In this document: one piece after another, positions 18,877 through 28,600 of the stretch
Layout: every line of letters starts with the position of its first letter
How positions within the stretch are numbered: position 1 is the stretch's first letter
NCBI RefSeq assembly: GCF_056746865.1
Contig: NZ_CM163382.1
DNA: 64,000 nucleotides
Reading direction: 5' to 3' (one strand)
The notes under the pieces: model-generated
Told to the model about the DNA's origin: nothing
Database searches by the model: none
What the model saw: only the letters and a program-made list of their open reading frames with translations
Translations under genes and position numbers: made by a program

Positions 18877-21606
18877 TTATTCTCCCTTATTGACAGGCAG
18901 GCAACTGCGCTGCTCAAACTTCCCATACATAATGTAATGAAGCAGCGGATTAATGCCTCCTTGGGCCACATCCGGATAGGCTTGCAAATACCAGCGAGTA
19001 TCAAACTGCTCACTAGGGCTATAACCTTTATCCGCCCCCACGCTAATAAAATGCTCAAGAGCTGAGAGCCCAGTGTCTGCAACCTCTGGGTAGCGATGTT
19101 GATACCAGAGTTCATCAAACAATCCTGAAGCGGCAATACGCTCCGCGGCACTCTCTGTAGCTGTTGTTCTGGATGGAGTCTCCTTAAATGTTCTGCCAAG
19201 AGCACGAACTGGGGCTGTAATCTTCCAAGAGACGGTTCTCTTCAAATTCTGAGCGCGTTCTTTTGCTCTATTCAATTGCCGCTCTTTTTGTTTTAACTCA
19301 CAGCTAAGCTGCTCCATATGCCGCGTCATGACTGCCAACTCCTGGAAACGCTCTGCAATATTAGCTTCCAACCTTCCGTTGAGTGTGGTTAGTTCTCTTA
19401 CCTGGTCTTGCAGTACAGACTGCTGGCTCTGCAGCAAGGTTTGTTCCCGGATTAAGGCCTCCTTCTCTTCTTTCCAGGCTTGCTGCTGAGCTCTATATGT
19501 TTCATTGGTCTGTTGTTGTTCACTTGCTGCGCTAAGGAGTGCCTGATCACGTTCTTCCAGCCAACGGGTTAAGGTTGCAATCTCGCTGTACCGCTCATTG
19601 AGCACCGATTCCAACTCATCAAGTTGATGTTGCTTTTCTTTTGCTGCTGAGAGCAATGCAGACTGGGCCTGCTGAAGCGACTCTTGCTCAGCCCTTAACT
19701 GCTGCTCTACGCCAGACAACTTGGTGGTAATCAATTGTTTTTCAATCTCTAGTTCAGTGATAATCTGCTTGTGCTCTTCTAATAGACGTGTTAGAGCTAC
19801 CGTTTCACTAAAACGCTCGGCTAATGCCAAGTCCCGTTCGCTAATCTGTTGCTGATGTGTGGTCTGTTCAACTGCCAGTTGTTGTTGTAATGCTGATAGC
19901 GCCTCTGTGAGTTGCTTATACTCTGCTTGTTGAGCAGCCATTACGTCGCTTTGTGACGCAATATTAGACTCGCGCACTGCTATTAGTTGAGTCAGTTCAT
20001 CACATTGTTTAGAAGCCGCAGCCAAAGCAAGAGTTTGCTCATCTATGCTTTGCTGCAATGTTTGTTGCACAAGTTGCCCTTCTTCCAACTGTTGCTGTAG
20101 ATTTGCACTTACCTTTTTCAGTGCATCATATTCCAAGCCTAACGTATCGTGCTGTGCTTCCAGTAATCCATAAGCATGCTGCAACTGGTTTTTAGTTTGC
20201 TGCTCACCGTCAAGCTGCTGCTGCAATGCATTAGCCTGCTGTTGCAACAAGTTCACCATATTGTCTCGCTCGGCCAGTGTACGAACCTGTGTATCCTGGA
20301 CATGTAGCGCTTGTTCCAACTGAAGCTGTAATTCGGTAATTTGCCGCGAATGTTCGCTCAATGCTCTGTTACTCTTGCTGAGCGCGAGAGTAAGGTGAGA
20401 TGCACGCTGTGTTTCTTCACTCAATTGTAACGTCAGGGTATTGACCTGTTGCTCCAGTTGATGGCGAGCTTGCTCCTGGCTCGTGATGCGACTCTGTTGC
20501 TGCTCTAGTTGATGCAGAGCTGTATGCAACTCATCGTTGGCTTGTATTCGCTCCTGCGACCATACACTCAAGTTTGTTTGGGCCTCATTGAGCTGTTCTT
20601 GCAATAATGCCACCTCAGATGTCAGCGAATTGATATGTTGCTGGGCAAAAGATAGCTCATCAGATTGCACTTGAGCATGTGCAAGCTGCTTTTCCATTTC
20701 TAATATGCTGTTATGTTGTGCAGTAATGCGCTCGGCAAGACGCCCTCTTTCCAATGCCTGCTGTTCTACCAATAGCTGCCGTTCAGCCTGAATGTCATCT
20801 TGTTGTGTAGACAACTGACGTTTTAACAGGGAATTCTCCCAACTCTCGCTACAAGATTTCCCCAAACGACAAAAGATGTCTTGGACTTGTTTGGTTACAC
20901 GAGCATTTTCTGAGATTTTATACAAATTATTAAGTTCTGGAGATTGTTCACACCCCACACCAACTATCCCTAGTCCATGCCCATGAGCGAACTCAAAGTG
21001 TGGATATTGTCGTTTTAATTCATCCAAAAGCTGAAATACGCCAAAACCACGTTCCCTAACATTGGTATCATGCATAATGACCACAGCCCTTTCAGAAAGC
21101 TTTGGCAACCAGCTTTCAAAATCATGGCGTACCGCTTCGAACGTATGCAAACCATCAATATGAAGCAGATCAATGCTACCTTGTGAAAAATGCTCTAACG
21201 CTTGGTCAAATGTACTGCGAATGAGAGTAGAAAAACCTGAATAGTGCTGTTGATTATATTCTGATACTTGCCTGTAAACTTCTTCGCCATACAGCCCCGC
21301 ATGTTCATCTCCCCCCCAGGTATCAACGGCAAAGCAGCATGTTTCTAAATCTAGTTTAGAGACTGCCTGGCAGAATGAGAAATAAGAACTTCCATAATGA
21401 GTTCCCAGCTCAACAATATTTCTTGGCCGCAGTGTGTCAACTAACCAGAAAGCAAAAGGAATATGTTCTAGCCAAGCAGATTGTGCAAGATATGTAGGAC
21501 GCCAAAAAAGAGATGATTTGAAAATGAAATTCAATTCCCCGCCAATATCAGTGATGGGATATAACTCACGATTTTCTACTAACTGACTAATTTTTTGACT
21601 ATCCAT
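18877..21606 (-). CDS. class I SAM-dependent methyltransferase-like domain fused to a ~550-aa coiled coil and C-terminal WY repeats
   Basis: 909 aa. N-terminus has NIVELGTHYGSS...LLHIDGLHTFEAV...VIMHDT (Methyltransf_24-like). Residues ~255-810 are Q/E/L-rich heptad-like sequence with three ER[FY]xE[IL]A..TR..EE repeats. C-terminus has two W-Y-x3-Y-P-[ED]-V-A...G...H[FY] repeats. Confidence 0.65.
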   Translation of the reverse strand: MDSQKISQLVENRELYPITDIGGELNFIFKSSLFWRPTYLAQSAWLEHIPFAFWLVDTLRPRNIVELGTHYGSSYFSFCQAVSKLDLETCCFAVDTWGGDEHAGLYGEEVYRQVSEYNQQHYSGFSTLIRSTFDQALEHFSQGSIDLLHIDGLHTFEAVRHDFESWLPKLSERAVVIMHDTNVRERGFGVFQLLDELKRQYPHFEFAHGHGLGIVGVGCEQSPELNNLYKISENARVTKQVQDIFCRLGKSCSESWENSLLKRQLSTQQDDIQAERQLLVEQQALERGRLAERITAQHNSILEMEKQLAHAQVQSDELSFAQQHINSLTSEVALLQEQLNEAQTNLSVWSQERIQANDELHTALHQLEQQQSRITSQEQARHQLEQQVNTLTLQLSEETQRASHLTLALSKSNRALSEHSRQITELQLQLEQALHVQDTQVRTLAERDNMVNLLQQQANALQQQLDGEQQTKNQLQHAYGLLEAQHDTLGLEYDALKKVSANLQQQLEEGQLVQQTLQQSIDEQTLALAAASKQCDELTQLIAVRESNIASQSDVMAAQQAEYKQLTEALSALQQQLAVEQTTHQQQISERDLALAERFSETVALTRLLEEHKQIITELEIEKQLITTKLSGVEQQLRAEQESLQQAQSALLSAAKEKQHQLDELESVLNERYSEIATLTRWLEERDQALLSAASEQQQTNETYRAQQQAWKEEKEALIREQTLLQSQQSVLQDQVRELTTLNGRLEANIAERFQELAVMTRHMEQLSCELKQKERQLNRAKERAQNLKRTVSWKITAPVRALGRTFKETPSRTTATESAAERIAASGLFDELWYQHRYPEVADTGLSALEHFISVGADKGYSPSEQFDTRWYLQAYPDVAQGGINPLLHYIMYGKFEQRSCLPVNKGE

Positions 21607-21746
21607 TGAGGAAAACTCACATGTATTTATAGAATTAAATCAAGAAACCTGAAAATACCTATAGTGCGGTAACTTATTAACTAACATTAAAATATTAACA
21701 ATACACTTGGAAATATTAGTTAAAAATAAATCATTATGATTTCTCA

Positions 21747-23006
21747 TCAATCCTGGTGCTCACGCAAAGTTGCCAGCCCCATAATAATAAGACCATAGAA
21801 CAAGCAAAGTAATACACCCACAGTCGCAAGATTATAGAATCGCCGTGGATATTCGGCATCTTCCGCTAAAGTTGGTTGGGTAATAACCAATAGGTGCTTA
21901 AGTTTACGATATGCCTCAACCCGCGTCTGCTCTAAGCTGATAAGGCCAGTTTTGTAGAGATCCGCTGCCAAGGTTGCCTGCGTTTGCACATCCATGTAAC
22001 CGGCGGTGATTTCATTCATGGCATCGTTATCTTGACCAGTCAGCTTAGCACGCTCCTGTTCAAGCTGCTTGGTTAGGGCGTCAACTCGGCTCTGTAATGA
22101 GACTACGGCCGGTGCGGTTTCCTTCATATAGCTGCGCAGTTGTTTTAGCTCCGCCTGTTGACGCACCAGCTCTCCTTCAATCTGGCTGACCACTCCTAAG
22201 CGTGCGCTGCTGGTAGATTCAGGGCTGAGAAGTTGGTGGCTATTCTGAAATGCTAATACTTTAGCTTTTTCATCCTGTAAGCGTTGATATGCTCTATTTA
22301 CTTCTTTTTCAACAAAGGCCAATTGTTCGAGCGCAACCTGATGACCTAATTTGTTAATAAAACGCTCCGATTCTTTGAGCATTAACTCAACAACTCGCTG
22401 ACCGTATTGGGGATCAAATGTCTGCAACTCAACGGTAAGTACTCCTGATAATTCATCAAGATGTAACGTCAAATGTTTGCGGTAATAATCAAGAAAATCC
22501 TCCCTACTGACTCCCTTATGCAACCGCGAGAAATAATCTGCACTATCACTCTGGAAATGTGCTTTAAGTGCAAGTTCTTTGTCCAACTTGGCCAGCATAT
22601 CCCATGACTTCATATAATCCTGAACGAGTAATATATCCTGATGATTACTACCACCGATCCCTAACATTGATAACGCATCAGGCAACATTTTAACTTGATC
22701 GGCTTGTTTAATCATTAATTCAGCCCGGCTCACATAACGATCGGAAGCAATGAAGCCAAAATAGAGCACTGCGATAGAAAAGCAGATAACTACCCAAAGA
22801 AAACTGCCTAGCTGTAAACTTTTCTTCCACGAGCGGTGTACAATTTGATATCCTCTCGAATCAATCAAAAATAGTTTTGGATTATTGCTCAGTTTTCTTA
22901 ACTTTCGCGCAAGGCGAGATATTGAGGATGAAGAATTCGGAGATGTCATAATCAGTTGCTGCTCAAAGTGACTGGTAAATTTTGATGGCATCATCAATAT
23001 TATCAA
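21747..23006 (-). CDS. kpsE: KpsE-like capsule export inner-membrane protein (Wzz/PCP-3 type)
   Basis: 419-aa track ORF with one N-terminal transmembrane segment, a long periplasmic coiled region and a C-terminal TM (GVLLCLFYGLIIMGLATL). Track start overlaps kpsT by 44 nt; a start at the internal Met (22949) is more likely. Confidence 0.7.
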   Translation of the reverse strand: MIILMMPSKFTSHFEQQLIMTSPNSSSSISRLARKLRKLSNNPKLFLIDSRGYQIVHRSWKKSLQLGSFLWVVICFSIAVLYFGFIASDRYVSRAELMIKQADQVKMLPDALSMLGIGGSNHQDILLVQDYMKSWDMLAKLDKELALKAHFQSDSADYFSRLHKGVSREDFLDYYRKHLTLHLDELSGVLTVELQTFDPQYGQRVVELMLKESERFINKLGHQVALEQLAFVEKEVNRAYQRLQDEKAKVLAFQNSHQLLSPESTSSARLGVVSQIEGELVRQQAELKQLRSYMKETAPAVVSLQSRVDALTKQLEQERAKLTGQDNDAMNEITAGYMDVQTQATLAADLYKTGLISLEQTRVEAYRKLKHLLVITQPTLAEDAEYPRRFYNLATVGVLLCLFYGLIIMGLATLREHQD

Positions 23007-23613
23007 AAACTTCTAATTTACCATCACGTAACAAGATGCCCATATCGCATTGTTGTCGTAGATTTTTCATATCATGTGAAACCATAATCAAACTAGCTGT
23101 TTCTCGCTTTTTGTTAAATACATCAATACATTTTTGTTTAAAACGTGCATCACCTACTGAGGTAATTTCATCGGTAAGATATATATCAAAATCAAAAGCC
23201 ATACTAACAGCAAAAGAAAATTTTGATTTCATGCCGCTAGAGTATGTTTTAATAGGCAACTCATAATGTTGTCCAATTTCAGAAAACTCTTTAACCCACT
23301 CTTCTACGGTGCTTGTATCGCGTACACCATGAATGCGGCAAACAAATCGCGTGTTTTCACGACCAGTCATACTACCTTGAAATCCCCCACCTAGTGCTAG
23401 AGGCCAAGATACTCGGCAGAGACGAGTTACTTTCCCCCTGTTAGGCGTATCCATCCCTCCTAACAAACGTAACAAAGTAGATTTTCCTGCTCCATTGATA
23501 CCTAGAATACCTATATTACGGTCCCTTGGTAGCTCAATATTTACATTCCTCAGGACATAATTTCGTCCAAATTTAGTCGGATAATATTTTGATACATTAT
23601 CAAGAATAATCAT
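22963..23613 (-). CDS. kpsT: capsule ABC transporter ATP-binding protein
   Basis: 216 aa, Walker A GINGAGKSTLL, ABC signature region. Adjacent to the ABC-2 permease. Confidence 0.85.
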   Translation of the reverse strand: MIILDNVSKYYPTKFGRNYVLRNVNIELPRDRNIGILGINGAGKSTLLRLLGGMDTPNRGKVTRLCRVSWPLALGGGFQGSMTGRENTRFVCRIHGVRDTSTVEEWVKEFSEIGQHYELPIKTYSSGMKSKFSFAVSMAFDFDIYLTDEITSVGDARFKQKCIDVFNKKRETASLIMVSHDMKNLRQQCDMGILLRDGKLEVFDNIDDAIKIYQSL

Positions 23614-23624
23614 TTTTCTTAACG

Positions 23625-24425
23625 CTAACTAGCAATCAATTGGCGATGCCGTAATCGGTAACAACTCATAGCAAAAGTGAGCAATAATAAGGTGACAACC
23701 GACAGATACGCCCAACTTACATCAGGACTACGATAACCAGATATCCATGCCCTTCGGATTAGTTCTACAGCATGCACAAGTGGATTCCATAAAAACCAAT
23801 GCTGATATTGAGGGGGAATAGTAGCAAGAGGAAACATAACACAAGAGATAAACATCAAAGGCATCATTAACAAGCTAAGAAATTTATCTGCCTCTTTCGC
23901 TAAGTTACAAATAACACAAAATACAATACCAAGAGAAAAAGAAAACAGCATCAGAAGAGAATAACCAAGGATCACTTGCAATGGATCCGCAGGTATTGCA
24001 TCAAAGCCAAACCACAATAATCCTAGTACTAGGATGATACCGACAATCATGCCCACCATTGTTTCTAGCATAAAACGTGCTATAAAAGTTGCAAAAGGAG
24101 TCACTTGTCTATAACAAAAAAGTCCCATATTAGCATTGACAGCAGATTTCAACTGAGTCACAACTTTATTGAAAAACATGAAAGGTAAATAACCAGCAGT
24201 AATAAAAACCTGGGCTGGGACACCACCAAAGCCACTTTGGCTTCTCATCCCAAATACTACACTGAACAGGCTAATCATTAATAATGGGTCAAGTAATGCC
24301 CAAGCATAACCTAGTCGGTAATTACCAAATCTTGTTTTTAGCTCACGAATTAATAAGCCAAATACTACATCACGTAATACTTGCAAAGAAGTGCGTGGAG
24401 TTTGACTAATAATGGGTTTGTCCAT
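23625..24425 (-). CDS. kpsM: capsule ABC transporter permease (ABC-2 family)
   Basis: 266 aa, six predicted TM helices, ABC-2 type. Immediately upstream of kpsT. Confidence 0.8.
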   Translation of the reverse strand: MDKPIISQTPRTSLQVLRDVVFGLLIRELKTRFGNYRLGYAWALLDPLLMISLFSVVFGMRSQSGFGGVPAQVFITAGYLPFMFFNKVVTQLKSAVNANMGLFCYRQVTPFATFIARFMLETMVGMIVGIILVLGLLWFGFDAIPADPLQVILGYSLLMLFSFSLGIVFCVICNLAKEADKFLSLLMMPLMFISCVMFPLATIPPQYQHWFLWNPLVHAVELIRRAWISGYRSPDVSWAYLSVVTLLLLTFAMSCYRLRHRQLIAS

Positions 24426-24491
24426 TAATACTTACCCAAATAATCGGCTCATTATAGCAACGAGCCTCCGATTAAAATTTAAAACACTCAA

Positions 24492-26237
24492 TCATTTAAT
24501 AGCAACGTTAGCAGCTACAGCGATTTGATAAATAATTTGTGTGATATCTTTAAATGATTGCATGGTTTTGCTATCAACCTGAGGTAGAACCAATATCTGA
24601 TCCCCCGGTTGTACTTTACCTTGCCCTTTAAATTCTACAAGACCATTTGCATGTACAATAGCAATTCGCTTGTCGTTAGCTCGCTCAGTAAAACCTCCGG
24701 CCCATGCAACATAATCATCCAAATTAGCATCGGCATTATATACTACTGCTTGTGGCATCAACACTTCACCACCCACTTGAATAAGATCAGTCTTATTTGG
24801 AATAACTATTTGATCGCCTTGTTCTAATTGGATATTGGCAATAACACCTTTATCTGCAACTACTACTTTACCAAGCGGTTGAACTTTACGAGCCTTTTCA
24901 ACAAACTGCATCACTAACTCTGCTTCTTTAGCACGTATATTCGCCTCACCATCAGATCGCGCGGGTGTGGTAAATACACTACGTTCCAAGCGGTTTAGAG
25001 ATTCATCCAGCATCTCTTTTTGTCTTGCAGCCACACTCTTTCGTATCAGATAAATTGATTGATAATCCGCAAGCTCTGGGTCAATAGGGATATAGTTCAA
25101 TAAATCATGCAATTTAGTTTGCTTACGAACCGTGAAATATGACGGTCCCATATAACTGCCTGATACTTGTATATCATATACTTGTGCATGCATGTCATCA
25201 TTAAAAAGTACTTTGTCACCGTCTTTAAGTTGAAGACGTGTAAAATCTTTATACGGCAAGTAGACGGAAAACGGGCCGCTTTCCCTGTCGCCAATCACAC
25301 CGACATGACTGACTTTTGCGAGAGGAAGTGCATAATTCACCAATTCAGAGCCTAATGCATTGCGCTGGGTAAGCTCAAATCGGAATGGGTTTCGAACCTT
25401 TCCCGCAACATTGATCATTGGACCTTGTTGCTCAACTAAAATCACATCTTGATCTTTTAATGCCAGCTTCGGGAGTTTCCCATACCGTATGAAATCATAA
25501 AGATCAATTTGCTGTATTACTCTATTTTGTCGTAACACCTTAATTTTTCGATAACTTCCACGGTCAGAATCTATTCCACCGGCACGTTTTAAAAAATACA
25601 ATATACTATCAGAAGATTGTCCTGCATACTGCCCAGGACGAATTACAGGCCCCGTAACGAATACACTTACAGGGGTTGCAGTCAAAAGATTTACGTAAGT
25701 ATTTACATTATTGGTAAATACATCACCGATCTTACTTGCCACCAACTGATTAACTTGGCTTGCAGGAACATTTTTTACATTTATTGGACCTACATCAGGT
25801 ATGAAAATATTTCCTTGATTATCTACCGTAACCACATTAGAGAAATTGACCGCTCCCCAAATCCAGATATTTAACTTATCCCCAGGAGCAATCAAATAAT
25901 TATCGCTTAAGCCGTCACTCCTTTCTGTTTCATAGCCTCCGGCAAATAAATTAGCACCATACGGAGGAGGTAAGCCTGCTTCAGATTGCGGCAGTAATTT
26001 TCGTACATCTGACTCTCCTGGAAGCAACATCCCATTACGATTCTGTTGTGTGAAGCTTCCTGTTGTGGAGGTTGTATTAGGCTGTCCAGTGATGTCTGCT
26101 AGCATTTTCCGAGACTCTCCTGTCGAGGCAGCAAGATCATAATCTAAATGTGAACCATTAGATTGATTTTGCTCTATTGCGGCGAATGCTGATGCAGAAA
26201 TAAGAAAGAGAAGAGTGCTAAGTTGCGAAATTTTCAT
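24492..26237 (-). CDS. kpsD: KpsD-like periplasmic/outer-membrane capsule export protein
   Basis: 581 aa with signal peptide (MKISQLSTLLFLISASAFA). Central region resembles KpsD (GDKLNIWIWGA...GNIFIPDVGPINV...VFVTGPVIRPGQY...RGSY). Confidence 0.75.
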   Translation of the reverse strand: MKISQLSTLLFLISASAFAAIEQNQSNGSHLDYDLAASTGESRKMLADITGQPNTTSTTGSFTQQNRNGMLLPGESDVRKLLPQSEAGLPPPYGANLFAGGYETERSDGLSDNYLIAPGDKLNIWIWGAVNFSNVVTVDNQGNIFIPDVGPINVKNVPASQVNQLVASKIGDVFTNNVNTYVNLLTATPVSVFVTGPVIRPGQYAGQSSDSILYFLKRAGGIDSDRGSYRKIKVLRQNRVIQQIDLYDFIRYGKLPKLALKDQDVILVEQQGPMINVAGKVRNPFRFELTQRNALGSELVNYALPLAKVSHVGVIGDRESGPFSVYLPYKDFTRLQLKDGDKVLFNDDMHAQVYDIQVSGSYMGPSYFTVRKQTKLHDLLNYIPIDPELADYQSIYLIRKSVAARQKEMLDESLNRLERSVFTTPARSDGEANIRAKEAELVMQFVEKARKVQPLGKVVVADKGVIANIQLEQGDQIVIPNKTDLIQVGGEVLMPQAVVYNADANLDDYVAWAGGFTERANDKRIAIVHANGLVEFKGQGKVQPGDQILVLPQVDSKTMQSFKDITQIIYQIAVAANVAIK

Positions 26238-26263
26238 TATTTTCTAACCGTCTACCTTCAACT

Positions 26264-26635
26264 TTATTCTTCAATAAGCAAAGTGCTAACTGATGTTTGT
26301 TCCAACTGAGGTACTTGATACCACTTGTTATTCTCTTTACATACAACACTTCGCTTTGAATAATTTTTATTCATCGCATAACTTAACTTTATGCATTGAG
26401 AACCTAAAGCCGATATATACCTTTCCTCAATAGTATAAATTACGCCATTTTTGTTGAATGTCGTGCCTTGATCTTGGTTATTTAATGGTGCCTGCAAATC
26501 TTCAGGAATAAGAGAATAAGAAGAATTAATCGCTGTTACCAATGGACGAGAGGCTTCAACTTGTTTTGGATCATGTGCGCAGGCCGTTATAAAAAAGATT
26601 AGTGAAAATAATAAAATACGATGTGCAAGGTGCAT
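26264..26635 (-). CDS. putative small lipoprotein
   Basis: 123 aa, signal peptide plus lipobox (FFITAC). Sits between the JUMPstart element and kpsD. No assignable family. Confidence 0.4.
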   Translation of the reverse strand: MHLAHRILLFSLIFFITACAHDPKQVEASRPLVTAINSSYSLIPEDLQAPLNNQDQGTTFNKNGVIYTIEERYISALGSQCIKLSYAMNKNYSKRSVVCKENNKWYQVPQLEQTSVSTLLIEE

Positions 26636-27564
26636 TTTAAAACGTTATCCAAAAGTTGATAGTATGTAAAACAATTACCTTCTATTATTGATACTCTGAC
26701 AGATATCAATAATAGCCCATAAATATAAGATATTTAAAATTATAACCACACAAATTAATCATAGATGTTGCTAGTATAAGATTGACTTTAGTCAACTGGT
26801 GTTTACATCATCTGTTTATAACTAATTACGAATATATCCTTTATCTTTTGGATATGTACTACATATGCAACACACATCCCTAAAAATATTATTTTTATGG
26901 CCCCGTATATTGCTATCTTTTTTTTATAAAATTTAATAATAACAACCATATGGAAGAGAAAATCCCTCTTATACATAAAGAGGGATCAATTAAATAAATT
27001 TGTTTTGTAATGACTCAGTAAGGCATAGACGTTTTCATAAATTCTTAAATTACTATCCCCAAAAATCTAAGTCCTGAAAAACTTTAACACTCTAATATTT
27101 TCATGAGCCGTTCAGCACACCCTCAACTTCGATAAAAAATGCTAACTAGTAAATAATTGTCGCAATAATAATAGTCGTACTTTATCAATAACAGATAAAC
27201 AAAAATAATAAAAAAGAGGGGAGATACACTTGCGATAGAATGGCGGCTTCTTGCCCCCCTTTGCCCGGTCCTGACTAGCATGGCTGGAGTCAGTGTCAGG
27301 CCACGACCATGCTCATCATGGAAGCAGCTTTTGTAGTACACTTCGCAGCTTATTTTCCTGGAACGAAATGTCTGGCATCGTGGTGCATAACATAACCCCC
27401 AATGCCCAGCAGATGCACAGAAGGTTCTAGAATCGCCCACTGATATCCCATACAAAATTTACCAAAACGTGTTCGTATTTCTCGTATAAATAATGTCTCT
27501 ATGGTGACGTTCTAGACTTCAAACCCACTTTTTGAATTTGATGATGTGCTCCTAATCTCTTCAG

Positions 27565-27604
27565 GAATGCTACCGCCCCTGGCTTTACAGCTACCAATAC
27601 ACTG
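27565..27604 (-). promoter_or_regulatory. JUMPstart element containing an ops (GGCGGTAG) site, RfaH-dependent antitermination signal for the kps transcript
   Basis: Minus-strand sequence cagtgtattggtagctgtaaagccaggggcggtagcattc closely matches the 39-bp JUMPstart consensus (CAGTG..TGGTAGCTGT.AAGCCAGGGGCGGTAGC). Correct orientation, ~1.3 kb upstream of kpsD. Confidence 0.75.
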
Positions 27605-28062
27605 GAGGTATACTTATCTGCAACTGGATGAACTAGATATACTTGAGCAAACATTTCATAAGCTCGACGAACAGTTTTCGTAGAAATTATTTTCCTTATT
27701 TAAAATTCACTTATTGATTATCTCTAGGAATTTTACTAATTTCCAAGTCACATAAAATACAGATCACACAAGAATTATCCTATATGCTTTAACCTATCAA
27801 TTATTACTCAATGATTCATTACAACTATTAATAATCATAATGCGTCAAAACACTTAAGCAACTTTACAGTCTGAGAAAGGTGTCGATTCACAAGGACTGC
27901 ATAGTGAAAAACGAATTCCTACAGTATTATCGAACATTCCGTGGTGGTCTGGAGGGAGATAACCCTTGCTACATCGGAACTCAGCCCGGTGAGCGGGTTT
28001 GACAGTTCCGCACTCACCTTTGGGCTAAGGTTATCAGGTGGGGTTTAAGGGGATGGCAATAC

Positions 28063-28599
28063 TTACCCCCGTCCAAACTCCAGCCGCTGCACGTTCACCA
28101 TTCCAGCCTTTTCATCTGCACTGACATCAATTTGTGTCACCCGCAGCGCATACTTTTCATCCAGCGCGTTTAACCAGTTCAGCAGATCATTAAATACCAC
28201 AGGATCTATCCAGACCTGGATATTCTCCCCGCGCTCGGCTATCCGCTTAATGACCACTGAATGCGCCGAAGCACTGTCACTGATGACCCGCGATACCTGC
28301 GCAGGCGTTGTTGTGGCAGATTTTCGCGCTGCAATAATATCCGGCGCGGCGTTCTTCAGTCGGGTGTTCATCGCCACCAGCTGCTGCAATATTGTCTCCT
28401 GTTGCTCAATCCGTTCGCTCAACGGCTGCCAGATGAGGACGTAATATCCGACGCTAAACAGGAACACCACCGCTGCCAGTAACATGCCCTTTTCACGCGG
28501 AGAACGCCCCGCCAGGTGTTGTGCCAGCCAGTGTTCGCCACGGCTTAACTGGCGTTCACGCCATTGCTGAAAATAGTGAATAAATTTATCGCGTAACAT
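28063..28599 (-). CDS. gspM: type II secretion system protein M
   Basis: 178 aa, single N-terminal TM. Last gene of a colinear gspC-M run. Confidence 0.8.
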   Translation of the reverse strand: MLRDKFIHYFQQWRERQLSRGEHWLAQHLAGRSPREKGMLLAAVVFLFSVGYYVLIWQPLSERIEQQETILQQLVAMNTRLKNAAPDIIAARKSATTTPAQVSRVISDSASAHSVVIKRIAERGENIQVWIDPVVFNDLLNWLNALDEKYALRVTQIDVSADEKAGMVNVQRLEFGRG

Positions 28600-28600
28600 G

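Noticed and set aside
18877-21606. Alternative reading of the 909-aa coiled-coil protein as an SMC-like or phage tail/tape-measure protein
   Set aside because: It has an N-terminal methyltransferase-like domain, no ATPase motifs and no phage genes nearby. It is embedded and translationally close-packed within the capsule serotype region.
27123-27455. 110-aa Cys-rich ORF in the kps leader
   Set aside because: No RBS context or family resemblance, and it sits in a region that looks like eroded sequence. Kept only as part of an unassigned-region finding.
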